A stretch of DNA of 64,000 bases from the human T2T-CHM13v2.0 reference genome, Homo sapiens. The stretch lies in assembly GCF_009914755.1 (NCBI RefSeq), contig NC_060925.1, one strand, 5' to 3'. The notes below the pieces were generated by a model. The model searched no databases. It had not been told where the DNA came from and saw nothing but the letters and a program-made list of their open reading frames with translations. Made by a program: the position numbers and the translations under genes. Numbering within the stretch: the first letter of the stretch is position 1; every line of letters starts with the position of its first letter. Of this stretch, positions 28,920 to 42,490 are shown one piece after another.

Positions 28920-29575
28920 TAATCATTCAATGAGCATGTCTGGCAGATACTGCATTAGGTACTGAGGCACAATAGTGAACACAATAGGGATAAGTTATTT
29001 TGATGATGTATTGGTACGAAAACATACTAAACTATAAATTGATTCTTAGATACATGATTACATATTGTAATTAATGCTCTAAAAGTAGGCAGTACTATGA
29101 GAGAATAACAGGGCAGGCACTATTAGGGCATTCACCCCAAAGGAGAACAGAAGTCAAGGTGATGAAGCTAGTTCCAGGTGAAGAATTCTGTGAGCACAAA
29201 CTTAGACTTGAGTGAATCTTCAGTATTTAAGGAATGTTAAGAGAAGCAATGCTATTAAGCCCACAATAATCCAGAGGAAATATGGCAGATGATGTCAGGG
29301 AGGAAGGCAGGAGAATGATTCATTAGTTCCAGAATTATAAATGTGATTTTAAGTGCAATCGGAAGGCATTACAATGTTTACATAAGATAATCAAGTTACA
29401 ATTTTAAAGAATGATTCATACTTCTGGGTGCAGAATGTATTAGAAAAAGTCAAAAGGGATATTCTCTCATCCAGGAATAAATGATAATAGAGAAGAACTG
29501 AAGTAGTGGCAGTGGAATTTAAAAGAGGTTAACAGATTTGATATATCATTTAGGGTAGAATTAAGAAGGGATTTC
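28920..29575 (-). mobile_element. L2 fragment
   Basis: CATTCAA..CTGCATTAGGTACTGAGG..AGTGAACA; TAAGTGCAATCGGAAGGCATT; GTAGTGGCAGTGGA. Confidence 0.65.
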
Positions 29576-31115
29576 AGAATATTTTATAGGTGTATTTAAA
29601 TCTGTATTACTTTAAAAGTTGCAATTTTATTTTTAAATTGCGCATTGTCTGATAGTTAATATTACGAAGTGATATAGGTAAATGATATTAACGTCTATAT
29701 GACACACAGTTTCCTTGCTAGACTCTGTAGGTTCATGTGAAGTATCAATTATATTTCAGACAAATAAAATTCAAAAAACTTTAGCTAATATAACTTTCAA
29801 AAAACATTTAACTTCACAATTGTCTTCTTAAATTAAATGGTATAAAGTGTTTCCATGAAGGTACTCAACTGTATCACTCAAGCAGAAATGACACACCGGG
29901 AGCTTTGAAATTCTTAATTTTCCACTTAGAAAAAGTGTTATAGTCTAAAAGGAATGCACTGGGATACCTTTCTCTCATTATTTCTTGTACAGCAATAAAC
30001 TTTATTGAACACAAATTATCTTAAACAGCTGGGAATCCAGGGAGTATAAATGCTTTGTTTGAAATAATTAAACAGAAAAGAGAGAACAAGATAAGGTGGT
30101 TATTATAGAAAATGAGAAAGGAGAATTAGTTGTTAAAATGACCTCTAATATTGAAAGCCATGCACGACTACATGCAGAGATGATTGCTTCACTTGAACAT
30201 TTTAGTTTGTTTAACATTGTAAGTTGCAAAGCTGATTGTGAGAATTGGCACTCCTTACATTTTATTGTACTGGGTGACGTTATTTACAGATTTTTGCATA
30301 CTAGATTGTCTGCTGCAGAAAATGTCATTCTACAAACAATAACTTCCCAAAGTAAACAGAATGTCAGAAAAGGTAACTACTGCCAGTTGTTTTATAAATT
30401 AAAACTTAACAATTCTTTGGTTTTATAAGATACATTAGAAAGATATATTTAGAAACAAAAGCCTCAAAATTTAAGTATTAAACAAAATACATGTATTTCA
30501 ATGAGATTTCTCGGGAAAGAAACTAAATTTGTTGTCTTGTAAAGAACAGTCTCAAAAATCACTGCATATGAAACTGAATACATTTGGATCACTGACGAAA
30601 TAATTATTGCAATTTACCAAGCATATGGGTGTATCATCATCAATGCCTAGTTATTTATAAGAAAAAATGATACTCATTAGATTTATGTTATCAAGATATT
30701 CAATAATATGAATTTTATTAGATTTTTTAGGTGAGTATGAATTACCTTAAAGTTCTTCAATTTCTAGCTTTAAGTCAGTTAGAAACAAAACTAAAAAATT
30801 AAAATCAGCCAAAGTTCAAATATATTTTTATCCTATTGCTCTTCTTTATTGTACATTTTCACGTTGTATTTCACTTTTTGAGCCACAATATTTCTTAATA
30901 ACATGAAGAATTGTTCTTTTGCATTGTCAGAGCAATTTTATATTATAAGCTATAAAAAACATTTTGCATTCACTTTTTATTAACATGGAATATCTGTTAA
31001 ACTGTACCTTCTAAATTCAAAAGGTTGAAATGTTGAATAGTACTAAATATTAAATATCAAAATATGTTTGAATTAGGAGTTATTCATTCATTCACAAAAT
31101 TTCGTGAACCATTAT

Positions 31116-32819
31116 TGTGTCCGAAATTGGTGGGTTCTTGGTCTCACTGACTTCAAGCATGAAGCCATGGACCCTCGAGGTGAGTGTTACAGTTCTTAAA
31201 CATGGTGTGTCTGGAGTTTGTTCCTTCTGATGTTTGGACATGTTCGGAAGTTCTTCCTTCTGGTGGGTTCGTGGTCTTGCTGGCTTCAGGAGTGAAGCTG
31301 CAGACATTCCGGTGAGTGTTACAGCTCTTAAGGCAGCATGTCTGGAGTTGTTTGTCCCTCCCATCTGGAGTTGTTCATTCCTCCCGGTGGGTTCATGGTC
31401 TTGCCAGCCTCAGGAGTGAAGCTGCAGACCTTTGCAGTGAGTGTTACAGCTCATAAAGGTAGCGCAGACCCAAAGAGTGAGCAGCAGCAAGATTTATTGC
31501 AAAGAACGAAAGAACAAAGCTTCCAAAACGTGGAAGGGGACCTGCGCAGATTGCCGCTGCTGGCTTGGGTAGTCTGCTTTTATTCTCTTATCTGACCCCC
31601 ACCCACATCCTGCTGATTGGCCCATTTTACAGAGAGCTGATTGGTCCATTTTACAGAGAGCTGATTGGTCCGTTTTGACAGGGTGCTGATTGGTGCGTTT
31701 ATAATCCCTGAGCTAGACACAGAGTGCTGATTGGTGCATTTAAAATCCTCTAGCTAGACATAAAAGTTCTCCAAGTCCTCACCAGATTAGCTAGATACAG
31801 AGTGCTGATTGGTGCATTTACAAACCTTGAGCTAGACACAGAGTGCTGATTGGTGTATTTATAATCCTTTGGCTAGATATAACGGTTCTCCAAGTCCACA
31901 CTAGATTAGCTAGACACAGAGCACTGATTGGTGCATTTACAAACCTTGAGCTAGACACAGGGTGCTGATTGGTGTGTTTACAAACCTTGAGCTAGACACA
32001 GAGTGCCAATTGGTATATTTACAAATCTTTAGCTAGACATAAAAGTTCTCCAAGTCCTCACCAGATTAGCTAGACACAGAGCACTGATTGGTGCATTTAC
32101 AAACCTTGAGCTAGACACAGAGTGCTGATTGGTGTATTTACAAACCTTCAGCTAAACATAAAAGTTCTCCAAGTCCCCACCCGACTCAGGAGCCCAGCTG
32201 GCTTCGCCTAGTGGATCCCGCACCAGGGCCACAGGCGGAGCTGCCCGTCAGTCCCGTGCCACGCGCCTGCACTCCTCAGCCCTTGGGTGGTCGATGGGAC
32301 TGGGTGTCGCAGAGCGGGGGCGGCACCTGTCAGGGAGGCTTGGACAGCGCAGGAGCCCACTGCAGGGGGGCTTAGGCATGGTAGGCTGCAGGTCCTGAGC
32401 TCTGCCCTGCGGGGAGGCGGCTGAGGCCTGGCAAGAATTTGAGCGTGGCATGGGCAGGTCGGCAGTGCTGAGTGACCCCGCGCCCCCTCTGCAGCTGCTG
32501 GCCCGGGTGCTAAGCTCCTCACTGCCTGAGGCCGGCAGTGCCAGCTGGCCGCTCTGAGTGTGGGGCCCGCCGAGCCCACGCCCACCCAGAACTCGGGCTG
32601 GCCTGCGAGTGCCGTGTGCAGCCCTGGTTCCCGCCCACACCTCTCCCTCCACGCCTGCCCGCAAGCAGAGGGAGCCAACTCCAGCCTCAGCCAGCCCAGG
32701 GAGGGGCTCCCACAGTGCAGCAGCGGGCTGAAGGGCTCCTCAAGCATGGCCAGAGCAGACTCTGAGGCTGAGGAGGTGCTGAGAGTGAGCGAGGGCTGCC
32801 AGCATGTTGTCACCTCTCA
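31116..32819 (-). mobile_element. solo LTR12 (ERV9 LTR; LTR12C/D-like), 1.7 kb
   Basis: Both termini present (TGTGTCCG..TGGTGGGTTCTTGG and TGTCACCTCTCA); flanks TTAT/TTGT as a 4-bp TSD with one mismatch. Confidence 0.97.
31579..32165 (-). promoter_or_regulatory. LTR12 U3 tandem CCAAT array and AATAAA core-promoter motif
   Basis: 12 ATTGG copies in ~41-bp units (GCTAGACACAGAGTGCTGATTGGTGCATTTACAAACCTTGA); TTTATT at 31579-31584. Confidence 0.75.
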
Positions 32820-32893
32820 TTGTTATGTGGCAACTGTTAATACTTTTTCAGCAATAAGTGTAATATATATGGCAGTGGGTAAAATCTAAAGTA

Positions 32894-33038
32894 GGTCTGG
32901 CTCAGTGCCTCAAGTGCTTTGAGACGCTGAGGTGGAAAGATTGCTTGAGTCCAGGAGTTTGAGACCATTCTGGAAAACACAGTAGGACCCAGTCTCTTCC
33001 AAAAAAAAAAATAGAAAAAAGTTTTAAAAAAAGCCGGT
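32894..33038 (+). mobile_element. AluJ left arm (right arm at 40059-40171)
   Basis: GCTGAGGTGGAAAGATTGCTTGAGTCCAGGAGTTTGAGACCA, then A-rich linker. Confidence 0.85.
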
Positions 33039-35471
33039 GGAGTGGGGCCAAGAGAGCAGTATGGTGCAGCAGCCCACCTGAGAGTCCTGGGGAGCAGGGG
33101 ATCCCCGTGTTACCCAGTCTGGGATACGGTGCTGTTTCCATGGAACTGTGCAACCCGTGCATCAGAAGATCCCACTCATGAGCCCATGCCACCAAGGCCT
33201 AGGGTCCCAACCACGGAGCCACTCAGATTCTCCACAGCCACTTAGCTAGAATCTGCTTAAGCCTGCCTAGTTCCTGGTGGGGAGGGGCGGCCATCAGGAC
33301 AGCTGCAGCTGCCTACTAAGCCAGCCAGTTCCTTGGGGGAGGGTTGGCAGCCAACACTGGGACTGCTAGCTGCCTAACACACTAAGCTCCCAGGCAGGGG
33401 AAGGGCAGCAGCCATCTCTATAGCTCCAAACCTTGCTTTTCCCCTGCTGGAGCCAGGGAGGCTGGACAGCTTGGTCCCAAGAGGTATTCCCCAGAGCCCA
33501 ACACACCAGCTGTGGCAGATGGTGGCCAGAGTGCCTCTTCAGGCCTGACCCTTACCCATCCCTCTTCACTGGGCAGGGCTTCCCTGCAGGAACTCCAATA
33601 ACTCCAGGGACAGAACTCTGATCTCCCTGGGACTGAGCTCCTAGGGATAGGGGTGGCGGAAGTCTGCATAGACCAACAGACTTAGTCTTTTCTCCTGCTA
33701 GTTCTTAGGAATCTGGGCAGACCAGAGGAGTGAATTTTCCCCCAGTGTGACACATCCCATCCACCAAGGAACAGCCAAAGCGTCTTGTTAAATGGGTTCC
33801 ACTCCCCATGCAACCTAACTAGGTGAGACACTCCAACAGGGATTGTCAAACACCCTATACAGGAGTGATCTTACTGGTATCAGGTCAGTGCCCCTCGAGG
33901 TCAGAGATCCCAGAGGAAGAAGCAGGCACCCATCTTTGCTGTTCTCCAAACTCCTCGAGTGACATTGCCAGGCGTGGGAACTTACCAGATGAACAGGGCC
34001 TGAAATAAACCCCCAGTAAACAACAGCAGCCCTACAGAAGAGGTAACAGACGATTGAAAGAAAAACAAACAAACAGAAAGCAATAACAACAGCATCAACA
34101 AAAAAGTCCTCACAAAAAAAACCTCATCCAAGGGTCAAAATCCTCAAAAGTCAAAACTAGACAAATTCATGAAGATAAGAAAGAATCAATGAAAAAAATG
34201 CTGAAAACCCAAAAGGGCAGAGTGTCTCTTCTCCATATGATTGCAACACCTCTCCAGCAAAGGCACAGAATTGGACGAAGGATGAGATGGACAAATTTAA
34301 AGAAGTAGGCTTCAGAAGGTGGGTAATAACAAGCTCTGCTGAGCATGTTCTAACCCAAGGCAAAGAAGCTAAGGACCTTAATAAAAGGTTACAGGAGCTG
34401 CTAACTAGAATAACCAGCTTAGAGAGGAATACAAATGACCTGATAGAGCTGAAAAATGTAGCACAATAATTTTATGAAGCATACACAAGTATCAATAGCT
34501 GAATCGATCAAGCAGAAGAAAGAAAATCAGAGCTTGAAGACTATCTTGCTGAAATAAGGCAGGCAGATTAAAGAAAAAAGAATGAAATAGAACAAACAAA
34601 ACCTCTGAGAAATATGGGACTATGTAAAAAGTTCAAACCTATGATTTATCAGAGTACCTGAAAGTGATGGGGAGAATGGTGCCAAGTTGGAAAACACACT
34701 TCAGGATATTATCCAGGTGAACTTCCCAAACCTAACAAGACAGGCCAACATTCAAATTCAGGAAATTCAAAGAATACCACTAAGATATTACTCAAGAAAA
34801 TCAACCCCAAGACACATAATCATCAGAGTCTACAAGGTTGAAATGAAGGAAAAAATGTTAAGGGCAGCCAGAGAGTGAAAGGCCAAGTCACCTACAAAGG
34901 GAAGCTCATCAGACTAACAGTGGACCAGAAACCCTAAAATGCAGAAGAGAATGGGGACTGATATTCAACATTCTTAAAGATAAGAATTTTCAACCCAGTA
35001 TTTCATATCCAGCCAAACTAAGCTTCATAAGAGGGGGAGAAATAAAATCCTTTTCAGACAAGCAAATGCTGAGGGATCCTGTTACCAACAGTCCTGCCTT
35101 GCAAGACCTCCTGAAGGAAGCACTAAACATGGAAAGGAAAAACCAGTACCAGACACTGGAAAAACAGACCAAAATATAAAGACCAATGACACTATGAAGA
35201 AACTGCACCAACTAGTAGGCAAAATCACCAGCTAGCATCATGATGACAGGATCATATTTACACATAACAATATTAACCTTAACTATAAATGGGCTAGCTG
35301 TCCCAATTAAAAGACACAAACCAGAAAATGGGATAAAGAGTCAAGACTTATCGGTGTGCTATATTCAGGACACCTATCTCATGTGCAAAGACACCCGTAG
35401 CCTCAAAATAAAGGGATAAAAGAAAATTTACGAAGCAAATGGAAAGCAAAAAAAAAAGGATTGCAATCCTA

Positions 35472-35945
<474 letters not shown>

Positions 35946-38900
35946 TTAGAGATCTACAAAGACACTTAGACTCCTACACAATGATAGTGGAAAACCTTAC
36001 CACCCCACTGTCAATATTAGACAGATCAATGACACAGAAAATTAACAAGGATATTCAGGACTTGAACTCAGCTCTGGATCAGGTGGATTTAATAGACATC
36101 TACAGAACTCTCCAGCCCAAGTCAACAGATTACACATTCTTCTCAGTGCCACATGTCACTTATTCTAAAATTGACCACATAATTTGAAGTAAAACACACC
36201 TCAGAAAATGCAAAAAAACAAAACAAAACAAAACTGAATCATTAGAAAAAGTCTCTCAGACTACAGTGCAATCAAATTAGAACTCAGATTTAAGAAACTC
36301 ACTCAAAATGACACAACTACATGGAAATTGAACAACCTGCCCCTGAATGACGCCTGGGTAAATAACGAAATTAAGCAGACATCAAGAAGTTATTTGAAAC
36401 CAATAAGAACAAAGAGACAACGTATTAGAATCTCTGGGACACAGATAAAGCCGTGTTAAGAGGGAAATTTATAGCACTAAATGCCCACAGCAGAAACTAG
36501 AAAGAGCTCAAATCAACACCCTAATATCACAAATAAAAGAACTAGAGAATCAAGAGCAAACAAATCCAAAAGCCAGCAGAAAAAAAGAAATAACTAAATC
36601 AGAGCAGAATTTAAGGAGACAGATATATGAAAAACCCTTCAAAAATCAATGAGTCCAGGAGCTTTTTTTAATTAACAAAATAGATAGACTGCTAGCTAGA
36701 CAAAAAGAAGAAAAGAGAGAAGAATCAAATAGACACAATAAAAAATAATGAAGGCTATATCAGCACTGACCCCACAGAAATACAAACTACCATCAGAGAA
36801 TACTATAAACACCTCTATGCAAATAAACTAGAAAATCTAGAAGAAATGGATAAATTCCTGGATACATACACCCTCCCAAGACTAAACCAAGAAGAAGTCG
36901 AATCCCTAAGAAGACCAATAACAAGTTCTGAAATTGAGGCAGTAATTAATAGCCTGCCAACCAAAAAAAGCCCAGGACCAGAAAGATTGACACCTGAATT
37001 CTACCAGAGGTACAAAGAGGAGCTGCTACCATTCTTTCTCAAACTATTCTAAACAATTGCAAATGAGGGACTCCTCCCTAATTCATTTTATGAGTCCAGC
37101 ATCCTCCTGACACCAAAACCTGGCAGAGACACAACAACAACAAAAAATAAATAAAATAAATAATAAAAGAAGAGAAAACTTCAGGCAAATATCCCTGATG
37201 AACATCAATGCAAAAATCCTCAATGACATACTGGCAGATTGAATCCTGCAGCAAATCAAAAAGCTTATTCATCACGATCAAGTAGGCTTCATCCCTGGGA
37301 TGCAAGCCTGGTTCAACATACAGAAATCAATAAGCGTAATCCATCACATAAACAGAACCAATGACAAAAACCACATGATTATCTCCATAGATGCAGAAAA
37401 GGCCTTCAATAAAATTCAACATTCTTTCATGTTAAAAAAAAGTCTAAATAAACTAGATATTGATGAAACGTATCTCAAAATAATAAGAGTTATTTATGAC
37501 AAACCCACAGTCAATATAATACTGAATGGGCAAAAGCTGGTAGTGTTCCCTTTGAAAACCAGCACAAGACAAAAATGTCGTCTCTCACCAATCCTATTAA
37601 ACATAGTATTGGAAATTCTGGCCAGGGCAATCAGGCAAAAGAAAAAAATAGAGGATATTCAAATAGGAAAAGAAGAAGACAAACTGTCTCTGTTTGCAGA
37701 CGACATGATTCTATATTTAAAAATCCCATCGTCTCATCCCCAAAACTCCTTAAGTTGATAAGCAAATTCAGCAAAGTCTCAGGATACAAACTCAATGCAC
37801 AAAAATCACAAGCATTCCTATACACCAACAACAGACAAGCAGAGAGCCAAATCTGAATGAACTCCCATTCACAATTACTACAAGAAAATAAAATACCTAG
37901 GAATACAGCTAACAAGGGACATGAAGGACCTATTAAATGAGAACTACAAACCACTGCTCTAGGAAATAAGATGGGACACAAATGGAAAAATATCTCATGC
38001 TCATGGATAGTAAGAATCAATGTTGTAAAAATGGCGAAGGGGCAAAAGTAATTTATAGATTCAATGCTGTTCCCATCGACTACCTTTGACATTCTTCACA
38101 GAATTTGAAAAAAACTACTTTAAACTTCATATGGAACCAAACAAAGGCCCTATAGCCAAGACAATCTTAAGCAAAAAGAACAAAGCTGGAGGCATCACAC
38201 TACCTGACTTCAAACTATACTACAGGGCCATGGTAAACAAAACAGCATGTTACTGGTATCAAAACCGATATATAGACCAATGGGACATAACAGAGACGTC
38301 AGAAATTACACCACACATTTACAACCATCTGATCTTTAACAAACCTGACAGAAACAAGCATTGGTGAAAGGATTCCCTATTTAACAAATGGTGCTGTGAG
38401 AACTGGCTAGACATATGCAGAAATCTGAAACTGGACTCCTTCCTTACACCTTATACAAAAATTAACTTAAGGTAGATTAAACACTTAAATGTAAAACCCA
38501 AAACCATCAAAACCCTAGAAGAAAACCTAGGTAATATCATTCAGGACATAGGCATGGACAAAGATTTCATGACAAAAATGCCAAAGCAATTGCAACAAAA
38601 GCCAAAATTGACAATGGGATCTAATTAAAGTAAAGAGCTTCTTAACAGCAAAAGAAACTATCATCAGAGTGACAAGGCAACCTACTGCATTAGAGGAAAC
38701 TTTTGTAATCTACCCATCTGACAAAGGTCTAATATCCGGAATCTATGAGGAGCTTAAATACAAAAGAAAAAAACAACCTCATCAAAAAGTGGGCAAAGGG
38801 TAAGGACAGACACTTCTCAAGACATTTATGTGGCCAACAAACATACAAAAACAAAAAAAAAGGCTCATCATCACTGATCATCAGAGAAATGCAAATCAAA

Positions 38901-39244
38901 ACCACAATGAGATACCATCTCATGCCAGTCAGAATAGCAATTATTAAAAAGTCAAGAAACAGTAAATGCTGGTGAGGCTGTGGAGAAATTGGAATGTTTT
39001 TACACTGCTGGTGGGAATGTAAATTAGTTCAGCCACTGTGGAAGACAGTGCAGCAATTCCTGAAGGATCTAGAACCAATAATACTATTTGACCCAGGAAC
39101 TGGGTATATACCCAAAGGAATATAAATCATTCTACTATAAAGACTCATGCACACGTATGTTTATTGCAGCACTATTTACAATAACAAAGACATGGAACCA
39201 ACCCAAATGACCATCAATGATAGACAGGCTAAAGAAAATGTGGT

Positions 39245-39665
<421 letters not shown>

Positions 39666-40058
39666 AAAGAAAATGTGGTACATATACACCATAGAATTCT
39701 ATGCAGCCATAAAAAGGAATGACATCATGTCCTTTGCAGAGACATGGATGAAACTGGAAGTCATCATCCTCAGCAAACTAACACAGAAAACCAAACACTG
39801 AATGTTCTCACTCATAAGTGGGAGTTGATCAGTGAGAACACATAGACAGAGGGAAGGGAACAGCACACACCTGGGCCTGTCAGGGGACAGGGGCAAGGAG
39901 AGGGAGAGCATTAGGACAAATAGCTAATGCATCAGGACTTAAAACTTAGAAGACGGGCTGATAGGTGCATCAAACCACCATGGTAGATATATACCTATAG
40001 AACAAACCTGCATGTTCAGCACATGCATCCCTGGAATTAAAGTTAAAAAAAAAAAAAA

Positions 40059-40171
40059 GACTGGTGTGGTGGTGCATGCCTTTAGTCCCAGCTACTCAGA
40101 AGACAGAGGCAGAATCACCTGAGTCCAGGAGTTCCAGGCTACAATGAGCTATGATCATACCACTGCACTCC
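40059..40171 (+). mobile_element. AluJ right arm
   Basis: GTGTGGTGGTGCATGCCTTTAGTCCCAGCTACTC..GGCTACAATGAGCTATGATC. Confidence 0.88.
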
Positions 40172-40185
40172 AAAAATACATAATA

Positions 40186-40230
40186 AATTAAATTAAATTA
40201 AATTAAATTAAATTAAATTAAATTAAATTA
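40186..40230. repeat. (AATTA)9 pentanucleotide repeat in Alu tail
   Basis: Nine perfect units. Confidence 0.95.
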
Positions 40231-40396
40231 AAAAAATACCAAACTGACTGCCCTCAAGAACTTTATAATCCATATAGCAAGTGAAAAACCTTTTTTAATG
40301 AATTCAGGATTTGAAAACACTTGAGTGAAATAAACAAGGTAGACAAATATAATAATGGGGCATGAGATATTTTGAAACTATTAAATAGCTATACAG

Positions 40397-40687
40397 GGCT
40401 TGGCATGGTGGCTCAGGCCTTGTAATCTCAGCACTTTTGGAGGCCAAGGCAGGCACATCACTTAAGCACAGGCGTTCAAGACCAGCCTGAGCAACATGGC
40501 GAAACTCCATCTCTACAAAAAAATGTAAAAATTAGCCAGGCATGACTGTACCTGTCTGTAGTCCTAGTTACTCAGTAGGCTGAGACAGGCCAAACATTAT
40601 AGAGCCTGGGAGGTCATGGCAGCAGTGAGTGATGATGCCTGTACTCTAGTCTGGGTAGCCTGGGTGACAGAGCAAAAAAAAAAAAAA
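40397..40687 (+). mobile_element. AluJ (Jb-like)
   Basis: Full diverged dimer with A tail. Confidence 0.92.
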
Positions 40688-41164
40688 GTTTGAAAGATTA
40701 CAGAGAGAAAGAAAGATAAGGAGAGACTCAATTCAATGGAGTGAATAGACATAATGTTTTCATAACTTGTTTATACAAGCACTCCTAAAGCAGAAGAAAG
40801 TAAATATTTTTGTCCTATACCCACTCAACTTATATGCATTCAGTATTACATAGGATTTTGTATTATTTTGCACCTGGAATTATCCATTTCTAAGCCTGAA
40901 ATATATTTTTATTATAAATTGTCTTTTAAAAATGTATGCCAGTATTTACACATCTATCTCACAAAAAGCATTTAATGTTTTACATGATCAACTATAAAAT
41001 ATAACCAATGTCTTAAATTTATTCTGTGATTTTTTTAAGACTCTGGAAAATCTGATAGATCACCAAGAGAATACATGTCGAATTTTAAATAGAAAAGGAA
41101 TACAATGTAAAGAGCGCGTTTAGTTATTTGTTGTTGCACCAAAGACTGTAACTATAAGGAGAAA

Positions 41165-41440
41165 GACTTCTGAAATGGCAGAGGGAGGGCCTCCATAAAT
41201 CTGATTCTCCATAAATGCAACAAAAATACTGACAAAATGGCCAATATCAACTTATTCAGAACTATGGAAATTAAGCAGTCTTAGAGTCTGAGGAGTGTTT
41301 TTTCAAGAAAAAGTGCTGAACTGCTGAACGGAGGGATTTTATAACATTTTAACATAGCCTACTCTCCTTTTGCATCTCCATAGTGTCTTTAAATATCAGC
41401 AGCCTTGCTACTACAGTAGCTGTGAACACTAGCAGTATTA
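41165..41440 (+). mobile_element. old L1M 5' end fragment
   Basis: ACTTCTGAAATGGCAGAG..TCAACTTATTCAGAACTATGGAAATTAA..TTCAAGAAAAA resembles recalled L1M 5' UTR. Confidence 0.6.
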
Positions 41441-42249
41441 AAATCAAGTTAGTAATTCCACTATTACTGCAAATTTTGGTCTAACCAAGTAAATATAAAG
41501 AAAGATGAAAAATATTAAAAGTATTACGTATTAAACTCCATGACAGATCATGGAATTTAATCTTAGTTTTCTACCTTTTTCATTTATTATTATATAATTG
41601 TGACCCTGCAGATGTATCTTAGAATTAATAGACATTAATTACTTTCTGACAAAGTTGTCTTTGAACTATTATCCAGAAATCTAAATCCTTGACATTGCTT
41701 TGCATTCTTTGTGGCTGTAACCTGTATTTCTCAAAACAGTTATAGAGTCCAAATTTATCACTCTCTCATTGACTTATGTAACTTTCCTCTTGGGTAATAA
41801 TCTACTACAGAATTGTACATCTCAGAATGCTGACTGGGGGTAAAAATGGCCCGTCTAATAACTTTGGGTGGAGAGTTTCCAAGGGATTCCAAAAATATAT
41901 ATCTAAAAGGTAAGAAACTTTTATAAAGCAGTGTGGAGGGATAATATCAACGATAAAATTAGCTTCTTCCTTCCTGCTTGGCTTTTAGTAAAATGTGAGC
42001 TGATGAGTTCTAGGTAAAGAAATCATACTTCCACACAACTATACTTGAAAGGTTACAATGTGAAAATGGAAGTTACCTGTTAAAAAATCTGATTATGAGG
42101 CTCCCTAATAGCTCTGCAAATAGTCATTTTAAGACAGGGTCAGAAATATAAAAAGGTAGAATTGTTACCCTCGTGGGAAGAAGTTGTGAGCTATAACAAT
42201 TACAAAATGCTTACTGCTTTTATCCCCGCAAAAATCGCCTACCATAACT

Positions 42250-42490
42250 GCTACCAAATAAAGCTCTAATGAGCACTGACTGAGAAACAGAAGCAACATT
42301 GTGTTATTTAGTTCTTGCAACAACCTCATTAGGTAGTACTATTATTGTCACTACCTATAATGAAGAAATACATGTATATAGAGATTTACTAACTTTAAGT
42401 TTAATGCTAGTAAATTTGGTGGAGCTAAGACTTGAAACCAGGTGGTTTAAATCCAAAATCTATGCTTAAACAACCATGTTTTATTAGCTC
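42250..42490 (-). mobile_element. MIR
   Basis: CAACAACCTC..AGGTAGTACTATTATT..GCTAGTAA..GGTGGAGCTAAGACTTGAAACCAGG. Confidence 0.75.

Noticed and set aside
30096-30428. 110-aa ORF in the unique island
   Set aside because: GTG start, no recognisable homology; coding status unsupported
31610-32165. Repeat array superficially like CRISPR
   Set aside because: Tandem LTR12 enhancer units without unique spacers, in primate DNA
32208-32889. Overlapping 75-201 aa ORFs
   Set aside because: Stop-poor GC-rich LTR12 U3; no recognisable protein
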